DNA of 64,000 bases from Malacoraja senta (GCA_038087875.1 CM075986.1:33356001-33420000), one strand, 5' to 3'; counted from the stretch's first letter, positions 1 to 13,100 are shown. Made by a program: numbers and translations. The notes: generated by a model from the letters alone, not told the origin.

Positions 1-380
1 ACCCTTGAATATTCAGTTCCCAGCCCTGGCCCTCTTGCAGCCATGTCTCAGGAATTCCCACATCACACTTGCCAGTTTCTAACTGAGCCTCAAGCTCGTC
101 CACTTTATTCCTTATACTTCGTGCATTCATATACAACACTTTGACCTCCGTATTCACTACCCCCCTCGCAATTGGCCCTGACCTTACTCTGTTGTCCATT
201 CTCAAGCTTTCCTTCCCATTAATTCGAGAATCTTTTGTAATTTTTCCTGTAGCCACTTCCCCTTCAACTCCATCTTTATACTCCCAATTTGTCAATCCCT
301 CCCCCCCCACTATTTAGTTTAAACCCACACGTGTAGCCCTAGCAAACCTGCCTGCCAGAATGTCGGACCCCCTCCAGTCA
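1..380 (-). mobile_element. CR1 LINE fragment (end of ORF1 and start of ORF2 APE endonuclease)
   Basis: Minus strand reads approximately KVLYMNARSIRNKVDELEAQL..DVGIPETWLQEG.GWELNIQG, the same endonuclease N-terminus as the CR1 copy at 7920-8720. Confidence 0.75.
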
Positions 381-419
381 TACTCGTTTCGAGTGACCGC
401 CAATGATGATGATGATTTG

Positions 420-480
420 TCCAGGTGCTCTGGTTTCCTCCCACATCTCAAAGACATACGTGTTTGTAAGTTAACTCAAG
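420..480 (+). mobile_element. V-SINE (HE1-like) core fragment
   Basis: ggtgctctggtttcctcccacatctcaaagac resembles the V-SINE central domain (GGTGCTCCGGTTTCCTCCCACAGTCCAAAGA), recalled from known elasmobranch HE1 SINEs. Confidence 0.45.
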
Positions 481-639
481 CTAACTAGGTTATCCCACTT
501 TCTTATCTATTCCCTGCACACCAGTGTAATTTACAAAAACTATCATCAGCATGCACTAGGAGGGCAGAAGGGCCTGTTTCTCTACAATGGGGAATTAGGG
601 GAGGGCACCATCAATTATGTTTGTTTGCTCTGGGCACTG

Positions 640-790
640 TGAGCTGTAGATGCTGGTTTACACCAAAAATACACACAAAATGCTGGAGCGGGACCAGGCA
701 GCATCTCTGGAGAGAAGGAATGGGCGATGTTTCAGGTCGAGACCCTCTCCCAACTGTCTGAGGAAGGGTCTCGACCCGAAACATCACCCA
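640..790. repeat. Penelope-associated terminal repeat fragment
   Basis: cacaaaatgctggag...gcagcatctctggagagaaggaatggg.gatgtttc.ggtcgagacc recurs at both ends of the 28339-29021 element and at about 16.9, 24.0 and 24.8 kb. Confidence 0.55.
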
Positions 791-803
791 TGGGTAAATG
801 GCC

Positions 804-809
804 TTTATT
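804..809 (-). terminator. Candidate polyadenylation signal (AATAAA) for SDR39U1
   Basis: TTTATT on plus equals AATAAA on minus, about 540 nt downstream of the SDR39U1 stop position. Confidence 0.35.
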
Positions 810-1349
810 CCACAGTGGAACCGGTTACAACTGCTCCTCGCCCGCACTGACCTCTCACCCCGGCAGCGACCCTCAACCCCAAAACCCAACCCCCCAAACT
901 CACTGTAACACCTGCTGACCCCTGACCTCAGGTCCACATTCAGTCTGACCCCTGACCTCACCCCTCATCCAAGGCAAGTCGGGGAAGCCCAGCCCTTTAA
1001 CTCTGACCCCCACCCCTTCACCTCTGACCCTGGCCTAGGTCAGGATACCAAGGCGGTCGTGATCTCGGGGAAGCCATTCACTCTGACCACCTGCCGTCAG
1101 ACCCCCCCCCTCACCTAACCCCTGACCCTGAGGTCAGCGCAGGACAGGCCTGAGCTCGGGGAAGTGCTGGTGTGACCTTTTGACCACTGACTCCCACCCT
1201 CTGACCCCCGACCTCACACTGTGACCCCTGACCCCATCACAGAGGTCACTGCAGCAGGTGGTGGAGGCTGGGTCTGACCCCGGGCTGGGGGTCAGTGGAG
1301 TAGGTGAATGGCCGGCCAGAGGTTGACCCCTGACCCGTGAGCCTGGGGG

Positions 1350-1859
1350 TCAGTGGAGGAGGTTGTCGATGGCCCCCTATAGCCGGAGGAATCGGTACCG
1401 GTAGCCGCTGGCCAGTGTGCGGCGAGGTTCCACCCACTGGCCCTGCAGTAGCAGCAATGCTCGCTCTGGCCCCAGTGCAGCCTGCACCAATGCAGCGGGC
1501 ACCCGCAGCCGGGCTCCACGCCCCAGGCTCCCCGCCAGTGCCTCCGCAAACTCCCCCTGGGTGCAGCGAGACGGGGCAACGCCGTTCAACACACCATCCA
1601 CTCCTCCCAACCTCCTCCTACCCTCCCACTCTCTCCCCCTCCCTCACTCCCTCTCCCCTCACCTCCTCCCCTCCACCGCCCCATGCACCCTCGCCCTCCC
1701 TCTGCACCCCCTCCAGCGCACGCAGCAAGATCCCAGCCAGGTCTTCCACGTGGATCCAGGGGAAGGGCTGGAGTCCAGAGCCCAACCGCCCCCCAAGGCC
1801 CATCCGAAACGGCAGCAGCATCGGCGGAAGCGCTCCCCCCTCTCTCCCCAGGACCACTC
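1350..1859 (-). CDS. SDR39U1: Terminal coding exon of epimerase family protein SDR39U1, disrupted in this assembly
   Basis: Acceptor ccgcccgctgcag|GA at 1859, then [50 protein letters not shown] ... [72 protein letters not shown]. This matches the SDR39U1 (TIGR01777/DUF1731) C-terminal half. A frame change falls in a GA-rich insert at about 1600-1700, and there is an in-frame TAG at 1377-1379. Confidence 0.85.
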
Positions 1860-2109
1860 CTGCAGCGGGCGGTGGGGGGAGGGGGGGGTAGAGGAGAGGG
1901 GAGAGTAGAGACGGGGAGAGGGGGGGTTAGAGGGGGGTGGGTGAGAGAGAGTGGGGTAAAAGAAAGAGTGGTGAGAGGTGAAGTAGTGACCCCAGGAACA
2001 GACGGAGAGGAGGGATGGACCCACCATGGGAGACGGATACAGAGGACGGACGGATGACTGTAATGTATGTAATGGTGACTGTACCTTGAAGAACTGAGTA
2101 CCAGATGGT

Positions 2110-2460
2110 GTGATATTAATTTAGTTTAGAGATACAGCACGCAAACAGGCCCTTCGGTCCAACTTGCCCACACAGGCCAACATGTCCCAGCTACACTAGC
2201 TCCAGCCTGCATTTGGTCCATATCTCTCCAAACCCGTCCTATCCATGTACCTGTCTAACTGCTTCTTAAACGATGGGATAGTCCCAGCCTCAACTACCTC
2301 CACTAGCAGCTTGTTCCATACACCCACCACCCCCTGTGTGAAAAAGTTATCCCTCAGATTCCTATTAAATCTTTTCCACTTCACCTTAAACATATGTCCT
2401 CTGGTCCGCGATTCCCCTACTCTGGGCAAGAGACTCTAAGAAACATAGAAAATAGGAGCA
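2110..2460 (-). mobile_element. CR1 LINE 3' fragment
   Basis: ORF 2196-2429 (ESRTRGH..KVKWKRFNRNLRDNFFTQGVVGVWNKL) is the CR1 RT C-terminus. Confidence 0.8.
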
Positions 2461-2552
2461 GGAGGAGGCCATTCGAGCCAGCACCACCATTCAAGATGAT
2501 CTTGGTTGATCATCCAGTTCCTGCTTTCTCCCCGTATCCCTTGATCCCTTGA

Positions 2553-3302
2553 TTCCTACGCAAAGAGTAGGAGTTAACGGGTCCTTTTCAGAATGGCAGG
2601 CAGTGACTAGTGGGGTACCGCAAGGCTCAGTGCTGGGACCCCAGCTATTTACAATATATATTAATGATTTGGACGAGGGAATTGAATGCAACATCTCCAA
2701 GTTTGCGGATGACACGAAGCTGGGGGGCAGTGTTAGCTGTGAGGAGGATGCTAGGAGGCTGCAAGATGACTTGGATAGGCTGGGTTAGTGGGCAAATGCA
2801 TGGCAGATGCAGTATAATGTGGATAAATGTGAGCTTATCCACTTTGGTGGCAAAAACAGGAAAGTAGACTATTTCCTGAATGGTGGCCGATTAGGAAAAG
2901 GGGGAGATGCAACGAGACCTGGGTGTCATGGTACACCAGTCATTGAAAGTAGGCATGCAGGTGCAGCAGGCAGTGAAGAAAGCGAATGGTATGTTAGCAT
3001 TCATAGCAAAAGGATTTGAGTATAGGAGCAGGGAGGTTCAACTGCAGTTGTACAGGGTCTTGGTGAGACCACACCTGGAGTATTACATACAGTTTTGGTC
3101 TCCTCATCTGAGGAAGGACATTCTTGCCACAGAGGGAGTACAGAGAAGCTTCACCAGACCGATTCCTGGGATGTCAGGACTTTCATATGAAGAAAGACTA
3201 AATAGACTCGGCTTGTACTCGCTAGAATTTAGAAGATTGAGGGGGGATCTTATAGAAACTTACAAAATTCTTAAGGGGTTGGACAGGCTAGATGCAGGAA
3301 GA
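2553..3302 (+). mobile_element. CR1 LINE reverse-transcriptase fragment, running into the gap
   Basis: [19 protein letters not shown] and VRPHLEY..QFWSP motifs. Confidence 0.9.
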
Positions 3303-3502
3303 NNNNNNNNNNNNNNNNNNNNNNNNNNNNNNNNNNNNNNNNNNNNNNNNNNNNNNNNNNNNNNNNNNNNNNNNNNNNNNNNNNNNNNNNNNNNNNNNNN
3401 NNNNNNNNNNNNNNNNNNNNNNNNNNNNNNNNNNNNNNNNNNNNNNNNNNNNNNNNNNNNNNNNNNNNNNNNNNNNNNNNNNNNNNNNNNNNNNNNNNNN
3501 NN
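3303..3502. other. Assembly gap (200 N)
   Basis: Run of N; true size unknown. Confidence 1.
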
Positions 3503-4169
3503 GTGTGAATATTATTTGGACACTTAGGCTATTTAAAAATGTTAATCTATTCTTAAGAAATTGATAGATGTTTAGATTCAGTAATTGAATTTTGTAATTA
3601 GCTACAATTAGGTAACTAGCTAATTATATGTTTTAATTTCATGTCATCTAAGTAAGATTGTTTCATATTTGTTTCAGAATGCTTCAATCTATAATAACTG
3701 AGAATTTCTTTCAGTTCTCTTAATTTTAAGAAAGTTATGGGCTTTTGACTGTCCTCGATCACAGCTTTTGTGTTAAGTCAATGGAAAGCAATAGGGAACA
3801 AGATGCTAATTTCCGAGTATGAAAATGGCCATAACTTTTTTAATACTGAAGATATGAAAGTGAATTAGGTGTCAAATTAAACTTCTTTTTATGCTTTATC
3901 TGATGGGATAAATTGCAGACTTTATTTTTAAAATCTCAAAATTTTGTAACATTGCTACTATGAATGCCAACATACCATTTGCTTTCTTCACTGCCTGCTG
4001 CACCTGCATACCTACTTTCAATGACTGGTGTACCATGACACCCAGGTCTCGTTGCATCTCCCCTTTTCCTAATCGGCCACCATTCAGATAAGACTTGATG
4101 GGCCGAGTGGCCTGATTCTGCTCCTAGCACCGACGGACTCATGTTGGGCTTCGTGTTCACCCACTGCAG

Positions 4170-4490
4170 GTGGTGATCGAGTTGCCCGTCCCTCGGGCTC
4201 CGCTCTGCCGCCGCTCAACCAATGGGAGCCTCGCTTTCTCCCGCCCGCCATTCCCATCCTCCAATCAGCGGCGAGCGGGCGGGCGGGGCGAGCCGGGCCC
4301 CACGTGGGCGGCTGAACGCTCCACCAATCACAGCTCGGCTGGCGGCCGGTGACGTGTCGTCACCCTCCGCCGGGGTGGGCGCGCTCGCGCTGCGGCCGTT
4401 GGGATTCAAACGCACGGGGCCAACGGCTGCGTCTCGCGCGGCCCCAATCTGTCTGCCCGCGCGCGGCCGCCGCTCGTTCACAGCCCGGCC
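4170..4490. promoter_or_regulatory. CpG-island promoter-like region
   Basis: CpG-rich. Contains CCAAT boxes near 4219, 4261, 4323 and 4444, a GC box (gggcggggc, ~4280), a CACGTG E-box (~4300) and the inverted repeat GGTGAC-N5-GTCACC (~4348-4364). Confidence 0.6.
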
Positions 4491-4494
4491 GTGG

Positions 4495-5085
4495 CTGCCC
4501 GCTCCCCCCCCCCCCCCCACACACACACACCGTGTCACTGGCGGCAATGGCGCCCTCACTCACAGCCCGGGCCGTCGCTGCCCGCTCCCCCCACACACAC
4601 ACACACCGTGTCACTGGCGGCAATGGCGCCCTCACTCACAGCCCGGGCCGTCGCTGCCCGCTCCCCCCCCCCCCCACACACACCGTGTCCACTGGCGGCA
4701 ATGGCGCCCTCACTCACAGCCCGGGCCGTCGGTGCCCGCTCCCCCCCACACACACACACACCGTGTCACTGGCGGCAATGGCGCCCTCACTCACAGCCCG
4801 GGCCGTCGCTGCCCGCTCCCCCCACACACACACACACACACACCGTGTCACTGGCGGCAATGGCGCCCTCACTCACAGCCCGGGCCGTCGCTGCCCGCTC
4901 CCCCCCACACACACACACACACCGTGTCACTGGCGGCAATGGCGCCCTCACTCACGGCCCGGGCCGTCGCTGCCCGCTCCCCCCCCACACACACACACAC
5001 ACCGTGTCACTGGCGGCAATGGCGCCCTCACTCACAGCCCGGGCCGTCGCTGCCCGCTCCACACACCGTGCCACTGGCGCTGTCC
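4495..5085. repeat. GC-rich minisatellite, about 7-8 units of ~75-80 bp
   Basis: Repeated core caccgtgtcactggcggcaatggcgccctcactcacagcccgggccgtcgctgcccgctc, followed by variable C-runs and (CA)n. Confidence 0.95.
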
Positions 5086-5728
5086 CTTCAGTTCGCTCTC
5101 AACAATTGAGATTATTCCCCACTGCGGTTGGTGAAGAAGCCCTGAGGTAAAGTTGAGGACCTTGAAGGTGAGAACCCTCCTGGACGACCTCGACAGTAAA
5201 GTTCACGTCATAGGAGCAGATTTAGGCCATTCGGCCCATCGAGTCTACTCCACCAGTCAGTCATGGCTGATCTATACATATAAAACTTTATTCATCAAGT
5301 TTGCCATCAGTCACAACACGCAACAAGGTACGCAAAATCTTGAAATTAAAAGTGAAAAAAAAGAAAAGTACAAGGGAATGTTGGCTGGCTGCCGTGTGTA
5401 CAGCGCCTAAACCACAATGAACAAACAAACACAGACTTATTCCCTGGGCAGAGGATTCTAAAACTAAAGTGTCCCCACAGCTCCCCCACGCCGGGTCCCC
5501 CATTGATCTTCAAGGCGGTTTCCCCACGCCGATCCCCCAGTATCTCCCCCCCGTTCCCTGTCACACTCCACCGCCGCCGAGGCTCCCATTGCCGCTGTGG
5601 CTCCTTTGGCCCAGACAGGCCTCGCCGCCCGGCTTTTCCGCTGTTCGCTGGGAGGCCCGTGGGACGAGTCAGACCGACCGTGGCTCATTCCAGTCGTTGC
5701 CGCGGTTTGGCGGGTGTATCGGGCCCTC

Positions 5729-8700
5729 ACATAGATACATAGAAAATAGGTGCAGGAGTAGGCCATTCGGCCCTTCGAGCCTGCACCGCCATTCAATATG
5801 ATCATGGCTGATCATCCCAACTCAGTATCCCGTACCTGCCTTCTCTCCATACCCCCTGATCCCCTTAGCCACAAGGGCCACATCTAACTCCCTCTTAAAT
5901 ATAGCCAATGAACTGGCCTCAACTACCCTCTGTGGCAGAGAGTTCCAGAGATTCACCACTCTCTGTGTGAAAAAGTTTTTCCTCATCTCGGTCTTAAAGG
6001 ATTTCCCCCTTATCCTTAAGCTGTGACCCCTTGTCCTGGACTTCCCCAACATCGGGAACAATCTTCCTGCATCTAGCCTGTCCAACCCCAAAAGAATTTT
6101 GTACGTTTCTATAAGATCCCCTCTCAATCTCCTAAATTCTAGCGAGTATAAGCCAAGTCTATCCAGTCTTTCTTCATATGAAAGTCCTGACATCCCAGGA
6201 ATCAGTCTGGTGAACCTTCTCTGCACTCCCTCTATGGCTATAATGTCCTTCCTCAGATTTGGAGACCATAACTGTACGCAATACTCCAGGTGTGGTCTCA
6301 CCAAGACCCTGTACAACTGCAGTAGAAACCTCCCTGCTCCTATACTCATCCTTTTGTTATGAAAGCTAACATACCATTCGCTTTCTTCACTGCCTGCTGC
6401 ACCTGCATGCCTACTTTCAATAACTGGTGTACCATGACACTCAGGTCTCGCTGCATCTCCCCATTTCCTAATCGGCCACCATTTAGATAATAGTCTGCTT
6501 TCCTGTTTTTGCCACCAAAGTGGATAACCTCACATTTATCCACATTATAAATCTGCCAAACATTTGCCCACTCACCCAGCCTATCCAAGTCACCTTGCAG
6601 TCTCCTAGCATCCCTCCTCACAGCTAACACTGCCCCCCAGCTTAGTGTCATCCGCAAACTTGGAGATGTTGCCTTCAATTCCCTCATCCAGTTCATTAAT
6701 ATAAATTGTAAATAGCTGGGGTCCCAGCACTGAGTCTTGCGGTACCCCACTAGTCACTGCCTGCCATTGTGAAAAGGACCCGTTTACTCCTACTCTTTGC
6801 TTCCTGTTTGCCAGCCAGTTCTCTATCTACATCAATACTGAACCCCCAATACTGTGTGCTTTAAGTTTGTACACTAATCTCTTATGTGGCACCTTGTCGA
6901 AAGCTTTCTGAAAGTCCAGATACAACACATCCACTGGTTCTCCCCTATCCACTCTACTAGTTACATCCTCGAAAAATTCTATAAGATTCGTCAGACACGA
7001 TTTACCTTTCGTAAATCCATGCTGACTTTGTCCAATGATTCACCACTTTCCAAATGTGCTGCTATCCCATCTTTAATAACTGACTCTAGCAGTTTCCCCA
7101 CTACCGATGTTAGACTAACTGGTCTGTAATTCCCCGTTTTCTCTCTCCCTCCCTTCTTAAAAGTGGGGTTACGTTTGCTACCCTCCAATCCTCAGGAACT
7201 ACTCCAGAATCTAAAGAGTTTTGAAAAATTATCACTAATGCATCCACTATTTCTGGAGCTACTTCCTTAAGTCCTCTGGGATGCAGCCTATCTGGCCCTG
7301 GTGATTTATCGGCCTTTAATCCATTCAATTTACCCAACACCACTTCCCGACTAACCTGGATTTCACTCAGTTCCTCCATCTCCTTTGACCCGCGGCCCCC
7401 TGCTATTTCCGGCAGATTATTTATGTCTTCCTTAGTGAAGACGGAACCAAAGTAGTTATTCAATTGGTCCGCCATATCCTTGTTCCCCATGATCAATTCA
7501 CCTGTTTCTGACTGCAAGGGACCTACATTTGTTTTAACTAATCTCTTTCTCTTCACATATCTATAAAAACTTTTGCAGTCAGTTTTTATGTTCCCTGCCA
7601 GTTTTCTTTCATAATCTATTTTCCCTTTCCTAATTAAGCCCTTTGTCCTCCTCTGCTGTCTCTGAATTTCTCCCAGTCCTCTGGTATGCTGCTTTTTCTG
7701 GCTAATTTGTACGCATCATCTTTTGCTTTGATACTATCCCTGATTTCCCTTGTTATCCACGGATGCACTACCTTCCCTGATTTATTCTTTTGCCAAACTG
7801 GGATGAACAATTTTTGTAGTTCATCCATGCAGTCTTTAAATGCCTTCCATTGCATATCCACCGTCAACCCTTTTAGAACTAATTGCCAGTCAATCTTGGC
7901 CCATTCACGTCTCATACCCTCAGTTAGCTTTCTTTAAGTTCAGAACCGTTGTTTCTGAATTAACAATGTCACTCTCCATCCTAATGAAGAACTCAACCAT
8001 ATTATGGTCACTCTTGCCCAAGGGGGCACGCACAACAAGACTGCTAACTAACCCTTCCTCATTACTCAATACCCAGTCTAGAATAGCCTGCTCTCTCGTT
8101 GGTTCCTCTACATGTTGGTTTAGATAACTATCCCGCATACATTCCAAGAAATCCTCTTCCTCAGCACCCCTGCCAATTTGATTCACCCAATCTATATGTA
8201 GATTGAAGTCACCCATTATAACTGTTTTGCCTTTGTTGCACGCATTTCTAATTTCCTGTTTGATGCCATCCCCAATTTCACTACTACTGCTAGGTGGCCT
8301 GTACACAACACCCACCAGCGTTTTCTGCCCCTTAGTGTTTCGCAGCTCTACCCATACCGATTCCACATCCTCCAAGCTAATGTCCTTCCTTTCCGCTGCG
8401 TTAATCTCTCTAACCAGCAACGCTACCCCACCTCCTTTTCCTTTCTCTCTATCCCTCCTGAATATTGAATATCCCTGGATGTTCAGCTCCCAGCGTTGGT
8501 CACCCTGGAGCCATGTCTCCGTGATCCCAACTATATCATAATCATTAATAGCTATCTGCACGTTCAACTCATCCACCTTATTACGAATGCTCCTTGCATT
8601 GAGACACAAAGCCTTCAGGCTTGTTTTTACAACGCTCTTACCCCTTATACAATTATGTTGAAAAGTGGCCCTTTTTGATTTTTGCCCTGGATTTGTCTGA

Positions 8701-8730
8701 CTGCCACTTTTACTTTTCACCTTGCTACCT
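5729..8730 (-). mobile_element. CR1 LINE, near full-length ORF2 (APE endonuclease + RT), frameshifted
   Basis: Endonuclease ORF 7920-8720 (CLNARSIRNK, GITETWL, GDFN, SDHN), RT fragments to 5822, and a 3' tail of (ttctatgt)-like repeats at ~5729-5745. Confidence 0.95.
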
Positions 8731-10108
8731 ATTGCGACTCACGACTCCCCAGGACACTCCCGCCGAGCTCGGATGTCAACCCCTGTCTGGCAAAGAATTG
8801 CACAGATTCACCACCCTCTGACTAAATACATTTCTCCTCATCTCCTTTATAAAGGAACATCCTTTAAATTTGAGGCTATGACCACTGGTCCAAGACTCCC
8901 CCACTAGCGGAAACATCCACTCAAGATCATACAGTGCCCTCCATCAAAGATCCTATAGGATTTTGCCCTCCATAATGTTTGGAACAAACCCATCATTTAT
9001 TTATTCGCCTCGGTACTCCACAATTTGAGATGTGCAGTAGAAAAAAATAACATATGGTTAAAGTGCACATTGTCAGATTTTATTAAAGGGTATTTTTATA
9101 CATTTTGATTTCACCATGTAGAAACCCCCCCCCCCCCCCCCCCCCCCGCACACACACTTCAGTGCACCATACATTTTGGGACACATGGCTTCACCGATGT
9201 GTGTAATTGCTCAGGTGTGTTTAATTGCCTCCTTCATTCAGGTATAAGAGAGCTCTCAGCATCTCATCTTTCCTCCAGTCTTTCCAACACCTTTGAAAAT
9301 TTTTATTGCTGATTATCAACTTGAGGACCAAAGTTGTGCCAATGAAAGTCAATTATGAGAAACAAGAATAAAACTGTTAGGGACATCTGTTAAGCCAAAC
9401 CTTAGGCTTACCAAAATAAACTGTTTGAACATCATTGAGAAGAAAGGGAGCACTGGTGAGCTTACTAATTGCAAAAGGACTGGCATGCCAAGGAAGACCT
9501 CCACAGTTGATGACAGAAGAATTTTCTCTATAATAAAGAAAAATCCCCAAACACCTGTCCGACAGATCAGAAACACTCTTCAAGAGTCAGGTGTGGATTT
9601 GTCAATGACCACTGCCCGCAGAAGACTTCACGAACCGAAATACAGAGGCTACATTGCAAGATGCAAACCACTGGTTAGCCGCAAAAATAGATGGCCAGGT
9701 TATAGTTTGCCAAGAAGTACTTAAATGAGCAACCACAGTTCTGGAAAAAAGTCTTGTGGACAGATGAGACGAAGATTAATCTATATCAATTGATGGCAAG
9801 AGCAAAGTATGGAGGAGAGAAGGAACTGCCCAAGATCAAAAAGCATACCACCTCATCTGTGAAACACGGTGGTGGAGGTGTTATGGCCTGGGCATGTATG
9901 GCTGCTGAAGGTACAGGCTCACTTATCTTCATTGATGATACAATTGCTGATGGTAGTACCTTAATGAATTTTGAAGTGTACAGACACATCCTATCTGCTC
10001 AAGTTCAAACAAATGCCTCAAAACTCATGGGCGGTGGTTCATTCTGCAGCAAGACAATGATCCCAAAACATACTGCTAAAGCCACAAAGGAGTTTTTCAA
10101 AGCTAAAA

Positions 10109-13100
10109 AGATTAAACGAGAACTTACCAGTTTGAAGTTTGATCTTGATTTTATGAGGAGTTACGATGAGCGATTACGTGAAGAAGGGATGTCAGTCCGC
10201 ATGCGCGTCAATCTTCAAAGCAGCGGTGTGAAATCACAGACAAGAGAAATGACCTGAGGATAGTAAGATTGAGAACTGGAAACTACCAGATGACCTTGAT
10301 AATATGAGGGAGGGAGCAGAGGGACGTAATCGCTCATCGTAACTCCTCATAAAATCAAGATCAAACTTCAAACTGGTAAGTTCTCGTTTAATCTTACTAT
10401 TTTACTTCGGAGTCACGTGAGTGACTACGTGAAGATTTTAAAGCTCTGATTTCATGCCGTGGAAAAAACGAGTCCACACAATCACGACTGCCTCAGTTTA
10501 CCACAAGTAAGGGTAAACATTAATAATGCATTCAGACATGACATCGTTTTAAAACATGCTGATGCTAATAAATGAACAAATAATAATAATAGTAACCCCT
10601 CTCATCCGGGGGGAAACTATAAAATAGAACCTAACATAGAGTTGGCAAATACCCCTAATCTGGCAATGGGTTAAAATAAAATGTTTGGAAAACTTGTTCC
10701 CTAGATCATCCTGCAGTCGGCAGGATGTGGTCCAGAGGACCATACATAACCCTTGCTGCTGATGTAGTAGCAGCCCTGGTGGAGTGAGATTTGAAAATTA
10801 GAATTTGTATCTACTCCTGTATGAGCCAGAACCCCATATAACCACCTGGAAGTGGTCTGAACTGATATCTCTTATGAGGTTTTTAGTAACTAACTACATA
10901 GGTAGTATGAGAGCCTCTAAGGCTCTAGGTGATCTAGACGTAATGTTGTAAACGTGTGACCACACATAACCGAAGGTGCATGGGGTATGCCATGAGAACT
11001 AGTTTGAGACCTGACACTGGCTGCCCTGCTTAACTGATCGTAAACACAAAATATTAAATTATTAGCAGGTATAAACATCCTGCCCAGTCGCAATTTATGT
11101 ACTGACTCGACCCGTTGCGCTGAGGACAGCGCCAAAGGGATACTACCTTGTGAGAGCCGAGCCAATGATAGGGATAGCTGGAGCCACCTGGTAAAGTAGT
11201 GTTAACACAATGTCAATATACCATACTTCCGTGTACTTGTGTCTGGGGAAACTTGTGTAAAGATATCCTAATAAACTGGAATCAGAGGGTGAGACCCGAC
11301 AGAGCTGGGTCCCGCTCGCTGCAGCAAATTTGATAAGAAGCACGTTGGCACAGTTGATGGGACTATAACTTAATTATTGTCAAGGGCCCATTGAAAATGA
11401 ACTTTAAGACTTCAGTGTCCGTGCCGTATTAATATGTAACATAGCGTTTAAACAAAAAAAGTTTCCCATCTCCTGAAGAGGAAATGTACTGCTTTGCTGG
11501 TGCTATCCCTGCACACTGCAGTGAGCACATACATGGATCGGTCTGACATCCCGAGCCGCAGGGGTTGTCTTCTCAGATTCTGTAAGGCAATGAATTGATT
11601 AATCATGCAGAGGCTGGTTCCCCCAGTCCCAGGCTGAACCAGCCAAGTTTATGTTTAGAAAACCCCATATAGGGTTCTACTATAATTCCCAAACATTGCG
11701 GGAAACCATGGGTACATAGGCCAGTCAGACAGTACGAAAACCCCTGAAGCGGGATCTTGCTGAATTTGTTGCAAGACCCGACTGATGAGGCAAAATGGAG
11801 CAACGACATAAAAGAACATTCCTCCAGTAGCGAGAATGTATCTCGCCACTGTCATGCCAGATGTCTTGCAACCGGTGAAAGAGCCTGGATGCAAACATAT
11901 CGATATTCGGTGTTCCATTGAGCCATGATGTCATAAAATACTTAGTGATCCAACATCCATTCTGTGTTGTCATTGATTTTACGTGATGATACACCAACGC
12001 CAAATAAAGTTGGGTAAATATGACAGGATACTTTGGCTTGATTGCACCCATGTGACAAACAAATGCCACCACCACAGTGTATCAACGTGGAACTGAGCAT
12101 GCATATCCGCATAATAACCCTTTAACCCATAGTATGCACTAGTGTCTATAGGTAGTTGATACCAATAACTGAAGAATTGGTAATTCATGCAAATCTCATT
12201 CGTCTGCATAACTAGAGATGGTATTCGTAATTTTGCATCTTAGCACTTGATTCAGTTTGTAATAACTGATGATTTTTGACCAACTACTGGAGCAATGCTG
12301 AATATTGTTCGTCCACCATTGTGGCTTTGGTGGCTTCAGCTGGTAAAAGCATCGATCTGTCACCAAATTGCACAGCCGAAACACAGCTGCTATATTGCCA
12401 ATTTACACTTGATGAATAGAAGACTGCTGATAACAAGATTGTTACAGGCTTCTATTGATTCCAATCTCTTGCCCCAGGGCGGAGTCACAGATAATGAATA
12501 GTTAACGGTAATACCGAATAACCAATAACTGTAGTTGGTATCAACTTTAATTAACTGGTGGAACCTCAATTTCTTAAATATAGTTGCGGCTGAAAACAGT
12601 TGATTTTAGCAAAAACAGTGTTTAGAATATAGATAGATTCCTTTATTTGTCATTCAGGCCTTTCGGTCTGAACGAAATTATGTTGCCTGCAGTCATACAC
12701 AGAACCAATAATAACAAAACATACAATAAACACAAATTAAACATCCACCACAGTGAGTTCACCAAGCACATCCTCACTGTGATGGAGGCAAAGTCTTAGT
12801 CTCCGTCTCTTCCCTCCTTGTTCTCCCTCTGCGATGAGGCGATCAATCCAGGCCGAAGATGCCGCCCTCCAGTCCAGCGGACCTCCTTGGTGATGTCGCC
12901 GCCGCCGAAAGCCAGAACGCCGAGACGGCCCGCCACAGCATCAGCTCCGGGCCGCCGCCCAAGCTCCAGGCCGCTGCCCCAGCTCCGGGTCCCGCAGTCT
13001 CTGCTCCGGGCCGCCGCCCCAGCTCCAGGCCGCCGCCCCAGCTCCGGGTCCCGCAGTCTCCGCTCCAGTCCACTGCCCCAGCTCCGGGTCCAGCAGTCTC

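Noticed and set aside
3503-3935. AT-rich block after the gap, possibly a DNA-transposon remnant
   Set aside because: No termini or coding motif I can support.
4222-5150. 200-300 aa ORFs on the plus strand
   Set aside because: Translations of the GC-rich VNTR and CpG island.
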